A stretch of DNA of 63,307 bases, filler included, from Lenisia limosa (GCA_001655205.1; 17 parts of 17 records of this genome joined end to end with filler, not necessarily neighbours in it); one strand, 5' to 3'. Counted from the whole stretch's first letter, positions 1 through 13,615 are shown. Notes: generated from the letters alone by a model not told the origin. Translations and numbers: made by a program.

Positions 1-53
1 TATTTACCTCCACAGATCCCCCAATATCATATTATATTTTAACTCCGCAGATC

Positions 54-1456
54 CCCCGAGTAGTCCGCGATACTCTCTTCACATGCCTTATCCGAGACAA
101 CGAATCTCGCTACCTTGACCTGCACAACGCCCCTGTGGAGGACCTGCTTGCTGCGGCCTCGCCAAATGTCATCAGAGTGCGGGGGGGGGGGGNNNNNNNN
201 NNNNNNNNNNNNNNNNNNNNNNNNNNNNNNNNNNNNNNNNNNNNNNNNNNNNNNNNNNNNNNNNNNNNNNNNNNNNNNNNNNNNNNNNNNNNNNNNNNNN
301 NNNNNNNNNNNNNNNNNNNNNNNNNNNNNNNNNNNNNNNNNNGATCCTTTTGAAGCCCTGTTTTTTTTTTTGTTTGTTTTTTGAAGATAATACTATATCG
401 TCAAACAACCCAAAGTAGTATTTTCCATCTACTGTTGTCATTATTAATTTACAACTGTTGAAAATCCCAATTGATTGGTTTACAGAAAGATGGTGCAGTT
501 TAATCGGCCATTAGTTAGTAATTAATTACACTAGCACTATTGACCACACAATATACAGTGACCGGGATAAGTCATACTATGTGTCTTTTTACATGAGACC
601 CTTGCCAAAGGATAAGCTTGCCCCCAATTCACGCACCCATGTTATATAATATTGGAGTAAAGCTGGTTTATATAGCCGAAATTGGTAAAACAAGATATTA
701 AAACCGACAATTACGAGAAAACTCTACCAAAAATAAATCAAACAAACTAAAAAAAGAAAAAACTGAGAAAAATAACGATAAAACTAATTATTTAGGATCT
801 ACTACCCGAAATTCTGCACCAACTCACAACTGTCATGGCTCAGCACTACAAACTCTGGAAATGGGCCTCACAGGACTTGTGGGGGGGGGNNNNNNNNNNT
901 TGTTAAATTGTATTCTTTTGTTTGATGAGATGGGGATTAGTTTGAATTATTATTTTTTTTTACATTTGAAAACCCGAACTGGAAATCCAAAAAAACAAGG
1001 TCTGGGTTAGGTGTGTTCAGTTTTGGGGTTCATTTGGCTGAATGGGAAAAAAAAACAGTTTAAACTATTGTGACCTAGGTTTATAGCCCAAATGAACTTT
1101 TTTTTTTTTTTTTTTTTNNNNNNNNNNNNNNNNNNNNNNNNNNNNNNNNNNNNNNNNNNNNNNNNNNNCTTCTTTTTGCTCTTCTTGTAGAGATGAGATT
1201 CTTATCATTATTTTTACTCTTATTTTCTCAGCCCTGAAGACCCTGAGTTACCCCATGATACAGAGACAAACCCTTCAGAAGCTGTGCGCAAGGTTCTTCC
1301 TCTTCTTATCAAGGTTGGCCAACTGTTTGGTTTGTTAACAATGTATTAACAATGTGAGGAAGGTTGCTTCCCTCATCAAAAAGGTGGATAATTGTTTTAG
1401 GGATGGCTGTTTTTCTGATTTATTCAAAAACTACATGCACACGTACAAGGATTAGA
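54..1456 (+). CDS. 3' part of a spliced hypothetical gene
   Basis: GT-AG-bounded open exons: IPRVVRDTLFTCLIRDNESRYLDLHNAPVEDLLAAASPNVIR, PEDPELPHDTETNPSEAVRKVLPLLIK, VASLIKKVDNCFRDGCFSDLFKNYMHTYKD*. No family recognised; intervening gaps. Confidence 0.4.
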
Positions 1457-4410
1457 TTCATGAATAAGGACAGAAGTCCCTGTCATACACATGATATGGT
1501 CATCTAGACAATAGAAACAATACTACATATGATTATGATTATTCTGATTTGGACTTCGAAAGGTTACAAATAAAGACTGGATTCTCGTTAAATCGTCAAA
1601 AATTGTCGATATTTTCCTGGTCATTTTGGTACCGGAATGACCTAATTCTGATCCTTTAGGACCTGGTAAGCTGTAGATCTCTGATATGGGCCGAAATCCA
1701 GAGCCACCTTGGCCTGGTCTTGTCATCTTCATCCATCAACCACCTCAACCACGTGCCCTTCCTCTCCATCGTCAANNNNNNNNNNNNNNNNNNNNNNNNN
1801 NNNNNNNNNNNNNNNNNNNTTAATTAATTAANNNNNNNNNNNNNNNNNNNNNNNNNNNNNNNNNNNNNNNNNNNNCTGATAAGTGAGAGTGTCGGATTGA
1901 ATCGACACAATGATATTCTAAGGCAGAAGTTAATTTTTGGAATAAGTGAAGCAATCTATGTTTTTGCTTTATTGATATGATGAAACAAGTGGAAAACAAA
2001 TATCCTTGATGACCCTACCCTCTCCATACATATGCTAAGCCAATTTGGCTGTCGGTAATGGTCTGTTCCACCCAGCTGCTTCCAAAGGACTTCATTCGGA
2101 TGATCTACACTGTTAAAGGATTATTATCAAGAAATTTAAGCATTAGGAAGATATGACAACCTTTTAAACTGACAGCATACTTATACAAGACTATGGAATG
2201 ACCCCCCCCCCNNNNNNNNNNNNNNNNNNNNNNNNNNNNNNNNNNNNNNNNNNNNNNNNNNNNNNNNNNNNNNNNNNNNNNNNNNNNNNNNNNNNNNNNN
2301 NCTGATTTCACCAAAGCTACCTAAATGAAGTTATGTTTTGTTGAGAAAGCTGAAAAATTGTTCAGAGTATTTTTGTCAATTCTTCATAAATATTTGTATT
2401 AAAGCACAAGACCTACTTGGTACACCATTCCACGGGTGCGGGATGCCATGTTCAGCTTCACTTGGTTGGAACGTGTGGCCCTATGTTGGTCAGGACAGGA
2501 CTATGGCCAGACACTCTCACAAGAAAATGACATAATTATTAGAATTTGTAACTGGGGAGTTAGACCGGTAAAATATCAATGTAGAGAGGTTTTATTGATA
2601 AATTGATCCGTCCTTTTGAGCATGGGCCTGAGGCAATATGAATGCTCGCCGCCCTACTTGAATCCGACAGCGGGTGTAGAGGAAGAGGATGGGCCGTAAG
2701 GCAGTCTAAACCGGCTGATTCCTTCGGTTTTACAACTCTCAATAAACTAAACTGTCAAAAAGACCAAGGCGATATCAAGGAACTAATACACGTGGATATG
2801 GAAATATGAAATGCTAACAAGAAGGAAGTAGCACTTCCACTAACCGGTTCATTTGAATTCAGCTGGATGTGGTCTCGACAAAGGAAAACTCCCACCTCGG
2901 CCTCCTCTAACACAGCATTCTGCGGGTTGAGTTGTGCCAGAAAAATTAGTTATATATTCTACATACCCAAGCATGAAGACTAAGGACGCCGTCCATCTCA
3001 TCCCATTTGATTCAAGTAGCAGCACAAGGCACACTATAATGTAGTGCCATAGAAAACCTCACCCAAGCCCAGAAAAATGGAAGAATATTCTCATGATGAT
3101 AAAATCATCAGACTGATCCCAGCAGACTGAGAAAGGGACAGACACCACGAGGAGCAGCAGAAGGTGCCAGGGCAGCAGGAGGGATATTTGGGGTCCCATT
3201 GCAACCAGGGCGAATTGCGACCCCTCCAATGAGGAGCCTGGAATCACTGAGGGGGCAGGGACCTGCAAGGGACAATGAGTTCTGCGTCGAATAAATAAAC
3301 GAGGATTGGGGAGAAGTAATAGATACGCCTCGGTCAGTATTTGGTTATGCTGATATGCTTCATGCTCTTGTCTGGTTCTTGTAGTTGTTTGGTGTATTAT
3401 GGTTGGTTTTTCTCAGTTCTCAATTTCCAATTTTCCAAATTTCTCGAGTTCAAGAATCACGCCACGCGAACGCCACACGCTGCCTTATGATTTTAAGGCT
3501 TTTAAACTTATTGTATACCTACACCTTTATGACATACCTTCTATCGTACTTGCAGGCTGCTTGTAGGTATTTCTCAATCATTGCTCAATCATTGCTCATT
3601 GATCAATCATTATTTATTGTCTAATCCAAGTACTCAATTTTAATCCAGTTTTTCAATATTCAATTCTCTGGATTTACAGGAAATGATATGATATTTTCTA
3701 TGTGAAATAGAACCAAGAACCAACTTAATTGTACACACAAAGAACTCCGCAAATATAAATGAATCAACAAAATTACCTTGATAACACCCAAAAAAACCCC
3801 TTCCAAAACAAGTAAGTTCGTGGTCTTCGGATCTAAAGAGCTAAAGAATGTCATCCTCGTCCTCGGGGTCAACACCATCCACAACCCCCGTGCCGGCAGC
3901 AATGGTCATGCCCTTGATCTGTCGCAGGAGCTGATNNNNNNNNNNNNNNNNNNNNNNNNNNNNNNNNNNNNNNNNNNNNNNNNNNNNNNNNNNNNNNNNN
4001 NNNNNNNNNNNNNNNNNNNNNNNNNNNNNNNNNNNNNNNNNNNGTCTCGGTTTTGGAAGGCTATTGGAATGTGAAAAGATTGTTGAGATACCAGGGTTGA
4101 AGCGTTCTTTTGTCACCTCCCCCATTTAGCACCCCATTTCGCATTGGTGGAATATACCGTATAAACTTAATAATGTTCAACCCCTCCCCTCTCAAGCCCA
4201 CCTGTCACGAACTTCTGAGCCAGTGCGCCTTCTCGGGACATAATGAACCCATTGTCGGCCCTGGACAGATGAAGGAAGAAAAAGCAGAAGAAACAACTCT
4301 TCTGGTTGAACATGGGAGCAATCTGAAAAGATTGAAACGAAAAAAACAAAGCCTCTGTGTTGATAATACTCCGGTGTAGAATATTTGTTTTAAAAAGAGT
4401 CACTATGCCC

Positions 4411-4552
4411 TGCCATAGAGGCACGCAGAAAGCTGTCTACACAGAGTTGTAAGGCAAATGATTGGGTGAATAATATTATACTATCCAATATCTCTCTTAG
4501 CGTGGGTGTGGACGGCTTCGGCCATACTACCTTATTTTTATTTCCCATAGCA
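4411..4552 (+). repeat. Repeat family 1 copy (~140-bp MITE-like element)
   Basis: Shares core GGCACGCAGAAAGCTG..CAGAGTTGTAAGGCAAATGATTGGGTGAAT..GTGGACGGCTTCGGCCA with about 10 other copies; ends CTTATTTTTATTTCCCATAGCA. Confidence 0.9.
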
Positions 4553-4790
4553 ATATATCTTACCTTCCCCCCCCCCCCCCNNNNNNNNNNNNNNNNNNNN
4601 NNNNNNNNNNNNNNNNNNNNNNNNTTAATTAATTAANNNNNNNNNNNNNNNNNNNNNNNNNNNNNNNNNNNNNNNNNNNNTTTTATTTGTTGTTCTTGTT
4701 TTTATTATGTTTTTTTTTTGTTTTTTTTTGTTTTTTTGGAGGGGGGATTCAATCCTTACAATTGGGATCACATTTTAGTTCACGGATTCA

Positions 4791-5652
4791 TTGAAAAAGC
4801 CACAGACCGTCCGCTCTGAAACTCAACCCACCCAACTGCGCCCACGAAGAAGCCCTCTCATGATCGGCAAGCCATCCACACCCCCTTCCGCCCCCAAAGC
4901 AAGAGGAATTAACCCCCCTGTTCCCAGAAAAACTGTTTCTCCCTCCATTTCCACTACTGAAAGTCCTCCGCCAACCCCTACTGCTCAAAAGCCAGCTGCA
5001 ACACAATTCCCATTATCCCAGGCAAACAACTGGAAACAACCGGTGAACGTCGATAAAGCGCCGAGACTGGCAAGGAGAAAGGAGCAGCGTCAACAGCAGA
5101 TAGAGAGCCTGAAGAGGAGTGAGAGGGAAGAGAAGGAGCGGAAGCAAAGAGACAAAGAAGCTAAACAAGACCTATACCCTCCTGTACCTCGGCGAAGAGC
5201 TTTGGAAGAAAAAAGTCCGCTACGGAGGAGCACGGAATATCGAAGCCCTCCGTCGCGATATCCAAAAAACACCTACGCTACTCCCGCTGTACCGCCTCGC
5301 GAAAAAAGCCCTCGTAGAAGCGGCGAAACTGAGTTCAAATACAAGGTTCGTCTTGACCAAAACAGTGATATACCGACTTTATCCAATCCACCTCCACCAC
5401 ACCCATCGCTCCACTCCGGCATACCCCCGCAAAAACAGCCTCCTCCTCCCCCCGGTTCTGTCGCCGCACAGTACTTTACGCAGCCAAAACCAAGGACGTT
5501 CCCGCCCGGACTCTTTGGGGCAGGCAACTCCCTTATGGGACCTCCTCCTCTCAACCCCCAAGTACCCCAGGTTCCCACAAACCCCGTCATCCCGTCGCCC
5601 GATTACCAGGTAATTCAGCGGCATTATCGTCCAACATTCCAGGACGCTCAGC
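4791..5652 (+). CDS. Proline/arginine-rich low-complexity protein (large exon, partial)
   Basis: About 860 nt open frame, GC-richer than flanks, with PxxP and poly-Pro tracts and a charged coiled segment; truncated by a gap. Confidence 0.65.
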
Positions 5653-5964
5653 NNNNNNNNNNNNNNNNNNNNNNNNNNNNNNNNNNNNNNNNNNNNNNNN
5701 NNNNNNNNNNNNNNNNNNNNNNNNNNNNNNNNNNNNNNNNNNNNNNNNNNNNNNNNNNNNNNNNNNNNNNNNNNNNNNNNNNNNNTATTTAAAATTAAAA
5801 ATGAACTTCTTTATTAATGTACTTCTCTTATTCCTCTAGATTCCCCCCAAGTGATAGGCCTAAGCCCCACTCCAAATAATGCCATTCCACCTGGTCAGTG
5901 TGGCAATATGAGGAATCCGGCTGAATCTTGAAGGGTCTCTTAAGGGCCAAGCGAACGGTCTTGA

Positions 5965-6147
5965 CACATTCATATCGTATATCATGTCGAAATATCTGGC
6001 TGTTCATCACGTTTATTTGTTTATTATTAATTAATTCACACAGATCTCTAACCTTTATGGTCTTAGATGTAAATTGAATTAATTAATAATAAACCAATAA
6101 CTTGATAAACAGCCAGACATTTCGACATGGTATACGATATGAATGTG
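5965..6147. mobile_element. Foldback/hairpin element with ~75-bp inverted arms
   Basis: Left arm CACATTCATATCGTATATCATGTCGAAATATCTGGCTGTT...TTAATTAATTCA is the near-perfect reverse complement of the right arm ending GATATGAATGTG; ~30-bp spacer. Confidence 0.85.
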
Positions 6148-6629
6148 AAATTCGAATTACTGTTATATCTCTATTGTTGAATATACTACTTTGATTTCTC
6201 ATTTCCTGAAAGGTCACCAGTGATATACTATCACAAGTGTGGTCATATATTTTACATTATTTGCATTAATTATATTCAGTTGCCCCCCAACACCCCAGCC
6301 AAAATCCAAATCCAAATATATTTCCTCCTGGTATGTGGGTCTCGATTCTGCATATGGATCACATTTGGGTTTACTGACAGCAATTTGTTGACCATATATT
6401 TTCTGACAAAACAGGTCCATACCGTTAGACGTCTATTTTTATTCCTAGTTCTGTATGTTTTTTCTGTTTCTAGATGTTGTTTTCATGGTTGTAAATTGAT
6501 TGAAGGTTGTAGTGCCACATGCTATTTCTGTGTTTGCCACAACTAAATTTCACTACCGTCCCACTCTGAATACAAGTCCAACAACTCCCCATACTATAAA
6601 GATTGCTAATATTCCAAATACCAACACTT

Positions 6630-7055
6630 GGAGAAGTTCAACAAAGTGCAAGCACCAGAAAAAAAGAGAATTACTGCATCACCAGCTATAAATAAGAAAA
6701 CACTGTAACCACCAGCGAAAGAAAATTACACTGCATCAGAAGGAAATAGGACAAAACAGGTCCGTGTTGGATTCTATATTTAGATGATTCTCCAAATATC
6801 AACAAGAGAAGTTTAACGAACTGCAAGCACCCGCTATAAATAAGAGAATTACTTGTCCATACCGTCACCCTAATCAGGATATTGGATTATCATGTTGATT
6901 CACCCAATCATGCCTTATAACTCTGTGCACAGCATACAATACTTAATGTACACTGGAGTATGATCATAGAAATTCTGTGGTAAAAAAAAAGGTAATTAGA
7001 GCTTCACTAGCTGGGAATAAGAGAATTAAACTGCATCACCAGCTTATTAAATAGA
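6630..7055. repeat. Degenerate ~30-bp direct repeats
   Basis: Units resembling AAGAGAATTA(A)CTGCATCACCAGCTATAAAT at about 6630, 6665, 6695, 6721, 6805 and 7017. Confidence 0.6.
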
Positions 7056-7124
7056 AGAAGAAATAGTACCATGGAAACAGCATCAAAACAAGCTAAGTAG
7101 ACCATAAAACTATCTGATAGATAG

Positions 7125-7238
7125 CTATTTTTTAGCCCAGATGAGGATATTTCGCGGTGAAATGATGGGGTTGAAGATTGGGAAAGCTCCCACTTGCCCG
7201 TTTTGGCAGTTTTCGGATAAGTACAGGAATCGATCGGC
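7125..7238 (-). CDS. METTL25/RRNAD1-like methyltransferase, C-terminal end (partial)
   Basis: ADRFLYLSENCQNGQVGAFPIFNPIISPRNILIWAKK* matches the family's terminal motif DR.LYL.E...P.F.P..SPRN..L.A.K. Confidence 0.75.
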   Translation of the reverse strand, partial: ADRFLYLSENCQNGQVGAFPIFNPIISPRNILIWAKK

Positions 7239-7898
7239 NNNNNNNNNNNNNNNNNNNNNNNNNNNNNNNNNNNNNNNNNNNNTTAATTAATTAANNNNNN
7301 NNNNNNNNNNNNNNNNNNNNNNNNNNNNNNNNNNNNNNCAAAAGAGGAGAGTGGGGGTGCAGTACTCACCCCCTATATTGTGTGTGTGTGGGGGGGGTTA
7401 AAGTCTTACTCTCTGATAACAGACACCATATTATTTTCTCTCTTCATCTTTTGGAAATAACATCATAATGTTTCATTTCGTAGATTCCCTCGGCCACTTC
7501 AGAGCCAACTATCAGTCCTGTTGAGGAGGTCTAGCCTCTCCTCTCTCTCTGTTCAATAAGATGTGTATTTCTCAAAAGTTGTTTAGTAGTAGTGTGTATT
7601 TTTTAGTAGTGGAGTATATTTGCTTTGTAATGTTTGTTTATATCGAATATGTTTTGTTCTGTTGTATATGTCAGAGGGGTGTTTATGACGTGGACTGGAG
7701 TTCCCATTGAATTTCTATGAGGTTGGTTCAATGGTTTGTCTAATCCATCTTCCAAAAGTGAATATCATTTTGAAATAGTAATCTCAAGTCACTAATTTGA
7801 GAAATGTAAAAGAAAAAAACAACCAAACGCATGTTGATTGAAACCAAACCCATTGCAATTGTTTAGTCCAGGGTCCTGGGGTCGTATTACGACCATAG

Positions 7899-8026
7899 CA
7901 CAACGGCGTATTGACTTGTGAAAACGTTGGAATTCCCATGTTTTACATGGAAATCCCATATAATTTTCTGGAAATTTGAAGATTTATGAACAACACAAGG
8001 GAAACCCAAATCGATGCGCCGTTGTG
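7899..8026. mobile_element. CACTA/CMC-type MITE (CACAA termini)
   Basis: Ends CACAACGGCG... and ...CGCCGTTGTG, 2-bp flanking duplication AG; interior related to 14905-15051. Confidence 0.8.
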
Positions 8027-9966
8027 AGGAGTGTTTCACATGAATGAACTGAAATGTGGTCATCCATTTTCCCATAACCCTTCCAATCAAACAACGTCAA
8101 AGACGCCGACTTGTCTACTCCGGCCAAAACCAAAGAAGTATCTGAAGTTGGGCATGGACATGGTAAGTAAACAAGTACTTGTTATCACTTTCTCAATCAA
8201 GAGCATATCAACCCTTATATATTGTAGTGCTTTACTTCTATCAACCTTACTATCTGGTTGGAACCTGTCTGCAAATATGCAATGCGATGCAACCAAAACT
8301 ACCCCTCAAATGAACCTCGATGTAGACGAAACTGCACTGGTTCAATCGATGGGTATCTTATTCTTATGCAGTATTTTTAAAACCATGGCCAAAGCCGAAT
8401 ACAAAATTAAGGTCAGTAGTGTACCGTATTAATTCCGGTGTTCAGATTGACCCAAATGCCAACCAGTGTTCCTGTCAAGAGTCTCGATGGCGAAATGGAT
8501 CCTGAACTCTGGTGACACCCCTGAAGAAGTTGAAAAGAATGATACTAGAGGTGACTTTGCTCAGTCTAATGCAATGTGTCAATGATCGAAAAATCTGCTA
8601 AGGGAATGTTTGTTTGCTTCAAAAAGTGCAACTACACACCCAAACCTAGTTGCTTATTCCTAACATTTCCAATGATAATTAAGCCTTCACCTTGGACATT
8701 TTAGGTGCTCAGTCGCTCTTCAAATGACGTTCTCCACACTATTCTGAAATTGGCTCCTGTAGATACCCAAAAATAGTGAGTTGATTTCCTCAGTTTTGTA
8801 ATGCCAAGTCAACTTTTCCAGTAAATATCAATGATTTTCAAGGATTTATCGAGCAATTTAGTCTTTTTTTCGATCCAAGTGAAGCCCTATTTACCGCATC
8901 TCATGTAGACTATTATATTTGTTTTCCAAAATATCTCACGTTTCACCATCAGATAGAATTGAAAATATGTGCATCTCCACAAAAAATAACCCTAGAGTAC
9001 AATACATACAAACTGACACCATGGAAGCTTTCACCAGATCTAAAATGTCAACTCTGTTTATCTCATAGAAAAGTATAATCCTGATCGCTAATAAAGGCAT
9101 ACCCGTCCCTATCCTCCCTGAGACTCATTGTTTTTTTTCAAAACAATCACAAACCCAGCATACCAGTAATCTATCCTCATTCAAAACCATTATCTATCTG
9201 ATAACTATGTACCATATACATGTACAGGGACTAGGATAAGTCTTGGCTGATTTGCTATGTGACTTCACAAGGAAAATTGGTCAACTCTTATCCATGTCAC
9301 TATATATCATATGCATACTAGCAAATCGATTGAGACTTATCCTCGTCACAATACAATCACAACCTGGACACTGTATAAAATCATAGCCCCAAAATACCAG
9401 TATTTATCCTCAGGGCGCAGGACCTGGATTGAGCCATCCGGGAATATCGACGTTTCCATGCCTTGGGCTAGGGGAGGGGGGTAAAATTGGAAATTGTATG
9501 AAATAACAAAATGCCCAAAATCAACTCTGTTGGTTGTCAAAAATGAAAAAGTATGAAACAACAAAAGAAAATATAAAAAAACGGGAGGAATTGCCGATTT
9601 CATGCCTTAGGTTGGGGAGGGGAAATGGTCAGATTAGGGATTATTATTATAAAAAAATAATAAAATGATGAAGTGTTATGATCCAGGAATTGAGGATCAA
9701 AACTTTTCTTGGTCACTGTGTATAGACAGCCAGCGATTCCATANNNNNNNNNNNNNNNNNNNNNNNNNNNNNNNNNNNNNNNNNNNNTTAATTAATTAAN
9801 NNNNNNNNNNNNNNNNNNNNNNNNNNNNNNNNNNNNNNNNNNNAACTGAAGCAGTGAAACATATATATTATATGATATATACAATACTATATCCTTATGC
9901 ATATGATATACTATAGTATGATATCAAATAAAAAAAATGAGATTGTCATGGTTTTTGACGGCTTAC

Positions 9967-12262
9967 AGTAGGGTTTTGTCTGTTGAGCTGATACACTGAT
10001 GAGAAGAGCTTGAAAGCCTGTTGGAACCTGGTCTCCTCCTCTGCAAACAATCAATTCTCAGAAGCTGGTTCGGGAATAATCAAGTTACTCAGGGACAAGC
10101 AACTTGAGCATTCCGTGTATTGAACTGTACAAAGCACCCCTCCCACCGTCCTCGCGAAGTGCCTGTCTGTTTAGCAGCAGAAGAGCCTTGCCACACATGG
10201 CACCTTCATTTGTCGGCTCCTTGGAGGAGGGGGTTACAACATTGGAACTTTTCCAAATCAATACTGAATAAAGGTATCAATCCCAGGCCGAAAAGGGGGG
10301 ATGGGGTATTTGGGGTGAAAAATCCAATTCACTAACATTTATATATCAATTTTTGACACATACCTTCTGGAGGGCCACATCAAAGTGCTCTCGAGCCTTG
10401 GTTCCTTCATCAAGACGAGACAGGCAAATGCTGATGTGTGAGTACGGCCTAAACAAAGACCAAAGTATGACATGAAACCTCTTTCCATGGGTTAAAAAAT
10501 GTGTCACAACTCATTCATACAAATTACGTACGATATGCACAGCTTTTGTTGACTCAATCGAAGCCCCAATACCCGAGAGCGACATGAACGTCTGCCGAGC
10601 AGTTTTCATGCTTGGTGATGGCACGCTGGAAGAACTTCATTGCCGAGCGGTGGTTATCTCGACGCATCGCAATGACTCCCTGGGGGTGGGGTAAGAGACG
10701 TAATGCAATGACTCCCTGGGGGTGGGGTAAGAGACGTAAAGCTGGAGCTGTGCAATGATTGAATGAGTAAACATATTCGGGAAGAAGCTTTGTCTTAAGG
10801 AGATCAAACACGATGAGTGACTTGACAAAGTGCTCACATAGATGTGATTTGAAAGAAGCAGCCACCAACCTTGCCAAAGAGGCCCATCAGAAGGTCAGGC
10901 TTGACCCTCAACGCAGTATCGAATTTCTCGAACGCCGCATCAAGCTCCTTCTGTGCAATGTTTAGGAATCCTGGGGGGGGGGGGNNNNNNNNNNNNNNNN
11001 NNNNNNNNNNNNNNNNNNNNNNNNNNNNNNNNNNNNNNNNNNNNNNNNNNNNNNNNNNNNNNNNNNNNNNNNNNNNNNNNNNNNNNNNNNNNNNNNNNNN
11101 NNNNNNAAGCCTGGTTCTCGAACCCCTTAAAGCTGTTTGTCAAAGAGTCTGCGTTTCGAATGTGGGCCTGGGACTGAAGAGGGTAAGTAAGGAGTTTTTC
11201 AAAAAAACTTTCCTTGAACGTTGAAAAAACGACAATAACAAAAGAGCAAGAGGCTAAGGCTTAATTCGGTTGACTACATGTTCTAAAACTGGTTGATGTA
11301 AGGGGGGAACATCTATACTTCGTGCCAAACGTTTCCAAGAAATTTTAACCCAAAACAATTTATAAAAAAGACAAACAAAGAACACTAATCCAACCTTTTC
11401 AATAAGAGAGGCTTGAACCTCATCCGATCTCATAACCATGGCGTTTTCTGGGAGGTCAGCAATCCAAACAAAACTTAAGATTGAGATACATATAATGTAG
11501 AATCCCCAAACGTGAGTAGTGGATGGCGAGAGAAAGCATGGCTTGGGCACGCTCGTTCTTAACTTCCTTCCTATCACGATACACACACAGCGCTTCGTAC
11601 ACATCTAGGTATCGTTAGGCCCTGGCTTTGGGACGTAATTGATTGTATCGCAAAATAACAATAAACTGTGGATGGGAAAGAGTGTCACCTAAAACCCCCA
11701 GTTAGGTTTTAATCAGAGATGTGGTCAGAATTAGGAATGGGTAACCTTTATTCATAAGAGAGAAGTTCAACAAGTCACATGGTCCTTTGGATATCATGAA
11801 AACATTGACTCCAACAATTAATAACAATTTAAAACAAATTTTTATGATCCAGTTTGCAATATATATCGAAAGAATCAACCAAATAGCGTGTCAAACACAA
11901 GTTTCAAAAAAAATGGCAATAACAGAAAGTCCTATGCACCCACCTTCTGAAACCGCTTTTTCCATCATTTCTTCATAGGCTTTGACCAGCCCCTTCTTTA
12001 AATAGAAATCCTAGGAAGTAAGGCCCACTATAGTGCATAAAGAGCCCTACAGCGATCTTTCTCCATTCCTGGAGCTTGACTCCTTCCTCCAAGAACATAG
12101 AGAGGAAGGTAGGGAGCGCATCTTCGCTAATTTCTTCTTCTGTAAGCTTCAACTCATCCTAAAGCGTGTTAGGGTGTACTGGGAGAGGCAACAACCTACT
12201 TTCTTCAGATGAATCACAACGGATTCCATTTCTTCCACTTCTTCTGCTGGAGCTGTGCCCAT
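9967..12262 (-). CDS. CTR9: RNA polymerase II-associated PAF1 complex TPR subunit, 5' part
   Basis: Spliced exons align in order to the CTR9 N-terminus: MGTAPAEE..., DELKLTEEEISEDALPTFLSMFLEEGVKLQEWRKIA, DFYLKKGLVKAYEEMMEKA, ...AAFEKFDTALRVKPDLLMGLFGK, GVIAMRRDNHRSAMKFFQRAITKHENCSADVHVAL, ...KAREHFDVALQK, GAMCGKALLLLN, QQAFKLFSSVYQLNRQNPT. The gene runs off the scaffold end. Confidence 0.85.
10669..10739. repeat. 36-bp tandem duplication spanning a CTR9 3' splice site
   Basis: GCAATGACTCCCTGGGGGTGGGGTAAGAGACGTAA x2, period 36. Confidence 0.95.
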
Positions 12263-13343
12263 TTTGACAGAGCAAAGACCCTCTGGGCACCCTTTTGAAA
12301 ACTCCTTTCGAAGGTCTTAAGTCAAGTATTGTTTAAAAAATACCTTTAAATTGGACTATATAGACTGATTAGGGATTCAGGGGGAAAAGGAAAACGAAAA
12401 TCAAATTTTGAATTTAAACTGGACTATTCTGGGGATTAAAAGTATAACTCATATCCCGGCGGCATTGTATTTAAATAAAATTTTATCAAAGGAACACTTG
12501 AAAACTTGCCAGAGAAAGCCAGAAAGCACAGTTACTTCTAAATACACATATTGGTAGGATTTTAAGAATGTAAATTCCATTGCAAGTTTGTATGTGACCC
12601 ATATCTTTCCACTGAATACGTCTTCTGCTGCCTCCACCCTTTCATTCAACGTAAGAAGGGTAAATAACGGGCATTTGACCGGGTTTTTCCTTCCTTCAGT
12701 TCTCACATTTAAGGATGGGTCGAGCTCAGGCGAAGGCAGCCAAACAGCTTATCTCCACGCTGTCCAATCAGGTATTTACCGGTTATAAAATTAGAACGGT
12801 TAGAAATCGAATGTTTCGGGGTTTGGTTGCGTTTGCAGTTCTTGGTAGTTGTGGTGCCTACTTGATGCATGTGCCCGTTTGACCCCTTGTCACGAACATT
12901 TTTGATGAATTTCTTTCGTTTCCCTCTTGGCTTTCTCATTTCCCTCATTTTTTGACCATTTACTGCTTATTTTGATTTTCAATTTTGAGCCCTTCTGTTG
13001 TGAACACGTAAGATGCATGCCTCCCGAGTTTCAGCTTACCACTTAAGTTTACAACATCCATATTATCATATTTACTTGGTGTTTGTGATTGTAGATTTGC
13101 TTCCATTTTTTGAATTCATTTTTGGTGGTTATCTTTCATTTTGATTGTTTTTTCTTCTTTCTTCTTTTTTTTTTTAATCTTGGTAAACTGACGCATTTTT
13201 GTTCCCATGCCTTTCTTGCATTATATACATATGANNNNNNNNNNNNNNNNNNNNNNNNNNNNNNNNNNNNNNNNNNNNNNNNNNNNNNNNNNNNNNNNNN
13301 NNNNNNNNNNNNNNNNNNNNNNNNNNNNNNNNNNNNNNNNNNN

Positions 13344-13615
13344 TCGTCAATCGGGCCAATCTTTGCCGCTTTCGGCCCCCAGGTATGACTACTTTCGGGC
13401 AATGCCATTACCTTGGCTGGAGATGACTGCCTGCTGTTATAGATTGTGATCCCAGGATTAACTTTCCTTCTGTTACCTATCTATTATGAAACGCTGGCCA
13501 AATATCGCCTCCCACTATTGACCGTACAGCCGCAATGGGTGCGATTTGCTCAGTTCCCGGAGTTCAATGACATTTGGAGCACCTACAAAGCCACAGCCGC
13601 GACATGGACTGTCGT
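13344..13615 (+). CDS. Hypothetical protein exons
   Basis: SSIGPIFAAFGPQ|gtatga..ag|IVIPGLTFLLLPIYYETLAKYRLPLLTVQPQWVRFAQFPEFNDIWSTYKATAATW; splice phases compatible; family unknown. Confidence 0.4.

Noticed and set aside
1523-1775. Minus-strand ORF as a retroelement fragment
   Set aside because: No diagnostic motif; part of it is a family 4 repeat fragment.
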